Part shown: piece by piece, positions 52,793-62,104 of the stretch
Numbering within the stretch: the stretch's first letter is position 1
How the letters are laid out: each line of letters begins with the position of its first letter
NCBI GenBank assembly: GCA_964016885.1
Contig: OZ024761.1
Coordinates: 3,844,001 to 3,908,000 of the forward strand
DNA length: 64,000 nt
Source of the DNA: Eledone cirrhosa
Taxonomy: Eukaryota
Reading direction: 5' to 3'
The notes under the pieces: model-generated
The model's input: only the letters and a program-made list of their open reading frames with translations
Told to the model about the DNA's origin: nothing
The model's database searches: none
Position numbers and translations under genes: made by a program

Positions 52793-54009
52793 TTTATTTC
52801 TATTGTAGTTATATACCAGAGTCATCCTGGGTGAAAGTCCTTGAAGGGGCCGCTGTGGTCCTCAATTTCACCTTGACAGTTAACTCTAGTGCTGGGCTGT
52901 TGAATGATACAGAATTCCTCCTACGTAAGAGTATGAAGAGTATGAAGAGCAGCAACAACAGCAGCTACCTGCTGCTGCAGGACATTCGTCATTACCTGCA
53001 GGGGTTGGCAGGTTTCAACAACGACATCATGGCATACAAGGAGGACTTGGAATTAGGGTCGACCCTCATGGAGGTCCACATGAGGGCCAAGAGCAGCACA
53101 GAGAACTCTGCGGGTTTAAGAAAACCCAGGGTGGCCCTCATGGCTAACATTAATGGGGACGAGCCCGTCACCACTGAGATCTTGATGAGGCTCATTAAAC
53201 ATTTGCATATCGGTAAGTTCTGTGGTGGTGGTGGTGGCGGTGGTGTGGTGGTGATGTTGGTGGTGGTGTGGTGATGGTGGGGTAGGGGGGTGTTAGTATG
53301 GTGGTGGTGGTGGTGGGGGGGGGGGGGGGTTTAGTATTATGGTGGAGGTGGTAGTGGTGGTGTTGGTGTGGTGGTAGTATGGTGGTGGTGGTGGTGTTCG
53401 TGGTAGTGGTGGTGGTGAGGTGGAGGTGGTAGCGGTGGTGGTGTGGTGGGGTTGGTAGTGGTGGTAGTGGTGATGGTGGTGGTGTGTGTGTGGGGGGGGG
53501 GGGGGGTAGTATGGTGGTGGTGGTAGTAGTATTATGGTGGTGATGGTAGTGGTGGTGCTGGAGTGATGGTAGTATGGTGGTGGTGGTGTGGTGGTGTAGT
53601 AGTGGTGATGGCAGTGATGGTGGTGGGGGATGTAGTGGTGGTGGTGATGGGGGATGTAGTGGTGGTGTTGGTAGTGGGGGATGTAGTGGTGGTGGTGGTG
53701 AAGGAACGAAAGTCTCTTTCTCTATGTATCTATTTTTTGGCTCTCTCTAACTCCTCTCTCACTCTCTCTCTCACTCTCTCCCCCTATCTCTCTCTCCTCC
53801 TCTCTCCCCCTCTATCACTCTACCCCCTCCCCCAACACTATATACACCACACTGTACTGACACTATAAATTCCTGTTCAAGAATGGGTTAAAACTTAAAA
53901 AAACCCTGACATTAACATATTAACATATCATATTTCTTGTGTAGTCTCTCTCTCTCTCTCTCTAACTCTCTCTTTCTCTCTCTATCTCTCTTTCTTTCTC
54001 TCTCACTCC

Positions 54010-54044
<35 letters not shown>

Positions 54045-54148
54045 AAAGTTAATCATATATATGCCAAAGATGGCATGGGCTGGTTCTTATATATATATAT
54101 ATAGTTACAACCTCATTTATATATCATATGTATATATCATATGTATAT

Positions 54149-54204
<56 letters not shown>

Positions 54205-54502
54205 CAACCTCATTTATATATCATATGTATATATATATGTGTGTATATATATATATATATAATATAAGATCAAAAGATGGTTAAAGGAGTTCCATGTATT
54301 TTATTATGCGCATTTCAAAAATAAATATCATCATGCAATAATATTTGTGTTTTCATCAGATAAAACAGGAGAACATGATATGAAGGCCAAAAAACACTTG
54401 TGGATAGTGCAGTTTCAAATCAACATATAGTCCTACAAACTGTAGAGTGCTTCTTATCCGATATCTGCATTGCTTTATTGTACTACAATAAAACTCACCT
54501 CC

Positions 54503-54568
<66 letters not shown>

Positions 54569-54745
54569 GGAGGTGAGTTTTATTGTAGTACAATAAAGCA
54601 ATGCAGATATTGGATAAGAAGCACTCTACAGTTTGTGGGACTGGAGTATGCATAATATAAGATCAAAAGATCCTTTAACCATCTTTTGATCTTATATATA
54701 TATATATATATAGTTACAACCTCATTTATATATCATATGTATATA

Positions 54746-54801
<56 letters not shown>

Positions 54802-55486
54802 AATAACAGGAGGCTGGACTGGTGTAATTCCTTCAAGGTTTATTATACAACATTTCAATGACTGGGTTCAGTATGAATCCGGTGACATCATCAGGTATTC
54901 AAAATTTAACAAAGGAAAATAATCCATGGGGCTGAAGAGGCAGAGAGACAAGAAGGCGGCCACACATTTAGCAGTTTCTAGTTTGGTTGACTGCATTCAA
55001 GTATATAAATATATATAAATAATAATAATAATGAAATTATTGTGTACAGTGCTCAGGTGCACTACAACTCATCAAAGGTGCATGTATAGTACATAGAATA
55101 ATGTACAAATGTCAGGAAAATGAACAGTGTATGAGTCATGATATAATAACAATAACAATAATGAAATATTGTGTACAGTGCCCAGGTGCACCACAACCCA
55201 TCAAAAAAGTACATGTACAGTACATAGGGCAATGCACAAACATCAGTAAAATGAACAGTGCACGAGTCATGATACACACATGTGTGCATGTGTATGGAAG
55301 GGGCACATCAGGTGTAGTTTTGGCGTATTTCGGGAAGCATGAGTGTCTTAAAGGATGCAGTGTCTCGGCAGCTAACAATTGACGCAGGCAGTATATATAT
55401 ATAAGCAGTGAGTTATTTAATTTGTTGATTATTCAACAAATTAAATTTATAACAGATTAGAAGCACTCAAAATATTTCTTCTGGAG

Positions 55487-55539
<53 letters not shown>

Positions 55540-55609
55540 AATATACTCTTCTTTATATATAATCATCATGCTCATTTGACATCTGCTTTCCCTGCTAGTA
55601 TATATATAT

Positions 55610-55655
<46 letters not shown>

Positions 55656-58600
55656 TCATCATTATCATACGTCCGCTTTTCCCTGCTTGCAAGGGTGGGA
55701 CGGGTCTTATTCAGCACAGCATCTCTCCACTCGTCACGGTCCCTCGTCATCTCCACCGTGAGCTTCAATGATCTGAGGTCTGTTCTCACCACCTCCGCCC
55801 ATGTTTTTCGTGGTCTACCTCTACCACGTCTTCCTTCAACTGGCATTTCCTGGCACTTCTTCACCCATCGGTCATCCTCCATGCGCATCACATGTCCATA
55901 CCACCTCAGTCTCCTCTCCCGTACACTACATTCTATCCCTCTCAGACACTGTTTCTCTCTCAACACATTTATGCTGGGTCGTTCACGCACATTTACATTG
56001 CACATCCAACGGAGCATGCTTGCCTCATTTCTCTCCCGCCGTCGCATATCCTCTGCGGTTGCTGCCCATGTCTCACTACCATGCAGCATCGCGCTCCTCA
56101 CACAGGCATCATACAACCGGCCTTTCGTACGCAGGGAGAAACCCTTCTTCGTCAACAGAGGAAGCAGCTCCCTAAACTTCTTCCAACCCATCCTTATTCT
56201 AGATACTATGGCCTCGGAACACCCTCCTCCCATGCTAATCTGATCTCCTAGGTACCGGTAGCTATCCACCACTTCTATAGCGCCCTCTCGCATTTGAAAG
56301 ATGTGTATATAAGATGTGTATATATATATATATACACACACAAATATATACTACATTGTTATACTTCATTATATTCACTGGATTTTCTTCTCTCAATTTG
56401 TGAAAGGTTATAGAGACAATGACCCAGACATAAAGAACTTGCTGGAAAATGTTGACATCTTCATATATCCAGTGTTAAACTTGGAGTTGCTCCACAACAC
56501 CAACAACCCTAGAGCCTGCTTAGCTCAGAACCAACAGCATCTTTCTTCCAATACTAACCTCAGAAGGGTAAGTGGGGCACATTTCTCAAATATCCTTGGG
56601 TTGAAGTTGTAATATATCCAGGAAAATATTATATGAAAAACGAGTAACTTATCTACAAAACCTCAGTTTAAAATATATGATATACTCTAAATATATGGTA
56701 CACAGTAAATGTTGTATGTAAAATGGAGATGTGACTTATACATTGGACCTATAAAACCTCAGTTTAAAATATATGGTATACTCTAAATATATGGTACACA
56801 GTAAATGTTGTATGTAAAATGGAGATGTGACTTATACACAGGACCTATAAAACCTCAGTTTAAAATATATGGTATACTCTAAATATATGGTACACAGTAA
56901 ATGTTGTATGTAAAATGGAGATGTGACTTATATACAGGACCTATAAAACCTCAGTTTAAAATATATGGTATACTCTAAATATATGGTACACAGTAAATGT
57001 TGTATGTAAAATGGAGATGTGACTTATACACAGGACCTATGAAACCTCAGTTTAAAATATATGGTATACTCTAAATATATGGTACACAGTAAATGTTGTA
57101 TGTAAAATGGAGATCTGACTTATACACAGGACCTATAAAACCTCAGTTTAAAATATATGGTATACTGTAAATCATCATCACCATCATCATCATCGTTTAA
57201 TGTCTATCTTCCACACTAGCATGGGTTGGACGGTTTTGTCCCACTTGAGGCAAGATTGGTCGGGTGACCATGTCTTGCTTGTACAGAACTGTCCCGAGCA
57301 GGTTTTCTACAGCTGGATGCCCTTCCTAACCAACCTCATTTACAGTGTGGACTGGGAGCATTTTTACCGTGTCTCCTACATGACCACTTTACAGTGTGAA
57401 CTGGGTACTTTTTGTTGTGACACCTACACAACCACTTTACAGTGTGGACTGGGTACTTTTTGTTGTGACTCTTACACAACCACTTTACAGTATGGACTGG
57501 GTAATTTTTGTTGTGACACCTACACAACCACTTTACAGTGTGGACTGGGTACTTTTTGTTGTGACACCTACATGACCACTTTACAGTATGAACTGGGTGA
57601 TTTTTGTTGTGACACCTACACAACCACTTTACAGTGTGGACTGGGTACTTTTTGTTGTGACACCTACACAACCACTTTACAATGTGGACTGAGTACTTTT
57701 TGTTGTGACATCTACACAACCACTTTACAGTGTGGACTGGGTGACTTTTGTTGTGACACCTACACAACCATTTTACAGTGTGGGCTGGCTACTTTTTGTT
57801 GTGACACCTACACTACCACTTTACAGTGTGGGCTGGGTACTTTTTGTTGTGACACCTACACTACCACTTTACAGTGTGGACTGGGTACTTTTTGTTGTGA
57901 CACCTACACAACCACTTTACAGTGTGGACTGGGTGATTTTTGTTGTGACATCTACACAACCACTTTACAGTGTGGGCTGGGTGATTTTTGTTGTGACACC
58001 TACACAACCACTTTACAGTGTGGGCTGGGTGATTTTTGTTGTGACATCTACACAACCACTTTACAGTGTGGACTGGGTGATTTTTGTTGTGACATCTACA
58101 CAACCACTTTACAGTGTGGGCTGGGTGATTTTTGTTGTGACACCTACACAACCACTTTACAGTGTGGACTGGGTACTTTTTGTTGTGACACCTACATAAC
58201 CACTTTACAATGGATGGAAATGGGAGGATGGAGTAGGGTGTATTGTGTGGGGGTGTATATTTGGTTAAGAGGTCCCTACTGACTAGGTTTAAGTTTGTAT
58301 GCAAGAGAAGGTGGGTCTTCTGTACAACTGCATGGCACCAAAGATTTAAATTATAAATTAAATATAAAGACATCAAAGAAATAGTAAATAAGAAGAGATT
58401 TTTAACTGAGGACATGAACAAAGAGACAGCAGTACTAATGTACTGAACTGAAAATATATCTTATTGGAAATGTCTTGCTATAAAGCCACTCTTACAATAC
58501 AACTTTAATTCTAGAACCAGGTGGTAAATTACTATATAGTTATATAGATTTACTGTATATATAGTTGTATAGATTTACTGTATATATAGTTGTATAGATT

Positions 58601-61600
58601 TACTGTATATATAGTTGTATAGATTTACTGTATATATAGTTATATAGATTTACTGTATATATAGTTGTATAGATTTACTGCATATACAGTAGTATACATA
58701 TAGTTGTATAGATTTACTGTATATATAGTTGTATAGATTTACTGTATATATAGTTGTATAGATTTACTGTATATATAGTTGTATAGATTTACTGCATATA
58801 CAGTAGTATACATATAGTTGTATAGATTTACTGTATATATAGTTGTATAGATTTACTGTATATATAGTTGTATAGATTTACTGCATATACAGTAGTATAC
58901 ATATAGTTGTATAGATTTACTGTATATATAGTTGTATAGATTTACTGTATATATAGTTGTATAGATTTACTGCATATACAGTAGTATACATATAGTTGTA
59001 TAGATTTACTGTATATATAGTTGTATAGATTTACTGTATATATAGTTGTATAGATTTACTGTATATATAGTTGTATAGATTTACTGCATATACAGTAGTA
59101 TACATATAGTTGTATAGATTTACTGTATATATAGTTGTATAGATTTACTGTATATATAGTTGTATAGATTTACTGTATATATAGTTGTATAGATTTACTG
59201 CATATACAGTAGTATACATATAGTTGTATAGATTTACTGTATATATAGTTGTATAGATTTACTGTATATATAGTTGTATAGATTTACTGTATATATAGTT
59301 GTATAGATTTACTGTATATATAGTTGTATACATTTGCTGTATATATAGTTGTATAGATTAACTGTATATAGAGTAGTATACATATAGTTGTATAGATTTA
59401 CTGTAAATATAGTTGTATACATTTGTTGTATATATAGTTGTATACATTTACTGTATATATAGTTGTATACATTTGCTGTATATATAGTTGTATACATTTG
59501 CTGTATATATAGTTGTATACATTTGCTGTATATATAGTTGTATACATTTGCTGTATATATAGTTGTATACATTTGCTGTATATATAGTTGTATACATTTG
59601 CTATATATATAGTTGTATACATTTGCTGTATATATAGTTGTATACATTTACTGTATATATAGTTGTATACATTTGCTGTATATATAGTTGTATACATTTG
59701 CTGTATATATAGTTGTATACATTTGCTGTATATATAGTTGTATACATTTGCTGTATATATAGTTGTATACATTTGCTGTATATATAGTTGTATACATTTG
59801 TTGTATATATAGTTGTATACATTTGCTGTATATATAGTTGTATACATTTGCTGTATATATAGTTGTATACATTTGCTGTATATATAGTTGTATACATTTG
59901 CTGTATATATAGTTGTATACATTTGCTGTATATATAGTTGTATACATTTGCTGTATATATAGTTGTATACATTTGCTGTATATATAGTTGTATACATTTG
60001 CTGTATATATAGTAGTATACATATAGTTGTATATATAGTTGTATACATTTACTGTATATACAGTAGTATACATATAGTTGTATAGATTTACTGTATATAT
60101 AGTTGTATACATTTGCTGTATATATAGTTGTATACATTTACTGTATATACAGTAGTATACATATAGTTGTATAGATTTACTGTATATATCAGTAGGCACC
60201 TCTTAACCAAATATACACCCCAACCCCCTACCCCTACTCCATCCTCCCACTTCCACCCACACCACCCTTTCTCTGTAAAGTTATGTTGGTACCACAGAAC
60301 ATCCAGTCCACACTAAAGAGGGTGTGTAGGTGTCACGACAAAAAGCACAATGTCCACAGTGTAAAGTGGTCGTATAGCAGACAGCAAAAAGGCTCCCAGT
60401 CCACAGTGTAAAGTGGTCGTGTAGGAGACAGCAAAAAGACTCCCAGTCCACAGTGTAAAGTGGTCGTATAGGAGACAGCAAAAAGGCTCCCAGTCCACAG
60501 TGTAAAGTGGTCGTATAGGAGACAGCAAAAAGGCTCCCAGTCCACAGTGTAAAGTGGTCGTATAGGAGACAGCAAAAAGGCTCCCAGTCCACAGTGTAAA
60601 GTGGTCGTATAGGAGACAGCAAAAAGGCTCCCAGTCCACAGTGTAAAGTGGTCGTATAGCAGACAGCAAAAAGGCTCCCAGTCCACAGTGTAAAGTGGTC
60701 GTATAGCAGACAGCAAAAAGGCTCCCAGTCCACAGTGTAAAGTGGTCGTATAGGAGACAGCAAAAAGGCTCCCAGTCCACAGTGTAAAGTGGTCGTATAG
60801 GAGACAGCAAAAAGGCTCCCAGTCCACAGTGTAAAGTGGTCGTATAGCAGACAGCAAAAAGGCTCCCAGTCCACAGTGTAAAGTGGTCGTATAGCAGACA
60901 GCAAAAAGGCTCCCAGTCCACAGTGTAAAGTGGTCGTATAGCAGACAGCAAAAAGGCTCCCAGTCCACAGTGTAAAGTGGTCGTATAGCAGACAGCAAAA
61001 AGGCTCCCAGTCCACAGTGTAAAGTGGTCGTATAGGAGACAGCAAAAAGGCTCCCAGTCCACAGTGTAAAGTGGTCGTATAGCAGACAGCAAAAAGGCTC
61101 CCAGTCCACAGTGTAAAGTGGTCGTATAGCAGACAGCAAAAAGGCTCCCAGTCCACAGTGTAAAGTGGTCGTATAGCAGACAGCAAAAAGGCTCCCAGTC
61201 CACACTGTAAAGTGGTCGTATAGCAGACAGCAAAAAGGCTCCCAGTCCACAGTGTAAAGTGGTCGTATAGCAGACAGCAAAAAGGCTCCCAGTCCACAGT
61301 GTAAAGTGGTCGTATAGCAGACAGCAAAAAGGCTCCCAGTCCACAGTGTAAAGTGGTCATGTAGGAGACAGCAAAAAGGCTCCCAGTCCACAGTGTAAAG
61401 TGGTCGTATAGCAGACAGCAAAAAGGCTCCCAGTCCACAGTGTAAAGTGGTCGTATAGCAGACAGCAAAAAGGCTCCCAGTCCACAGTGTAAAGTGGTCG
61501 TATAGCAGACAGCAAAAAGGCTCCCAGTCCACAGTGTAAAGTGGTCATGCAGGCGACAGCAAAAAAGCTCCCAGTCCACAGTGTAAAGTGGTCGTATAGC

Positions 61601-62067
61601 AGACAGCAAAAAGGCTCCCAGTCCACAGTGTAAAGTGGTCGTATAGGAGACAGCAAAAAGGCTCCCAGTCCACAGTGTAAAGTGGTCGTGTAGGAGACAG
61701 CAAAAAGGCTCCCAGTCCACAGTGTAAAGTGGTCATGCAGGCGACAGCAAAAAAGCTCCCAGTCCACAGTGTAAAGTGGTCATGTAGGAGACAGCAAAAA
61801 GGCTCCCAGTCCACAGTGTAAAGTGGTCGTGCAGGTAAGACGGTAAAAAGGCTCCCAGTCCACAGTTTAAAGTGGTCGTGTAGGTAAGACGGTAAAAAGG
61901 CTCCCAGTCCACAGTGTAAATATGGTTGGTGTTAGGAAAGGCATCCAGCTGTAGAAAACCTGCCAGACAGTCCTCCCCGAGCGAGAAACGGTCACCCAAT
62001 CAATCTTGCCTCAAGTGGGACAATTCCCGTCTAACCCATGCTAGCGTAGAAGATAGACATTAAACGA

Positions 62068-62104
<37 letters not shown>

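Noticed and set aside
59309-60199. Tyr/Ile-rich ORFs here and the many YIYIYI ORFs elsewhere
   Set aside because: Translations of the 25-bp array and (TA)n microsatellites.
57200-61814. Long Cys-rich periodic ORFs (360, 479, 399 and 343 aa)
   Set aside because: Translations of 48-bp and 47-bp arrays in LINE 3'UTRs; the 47-bp array is open in all three minus frames.
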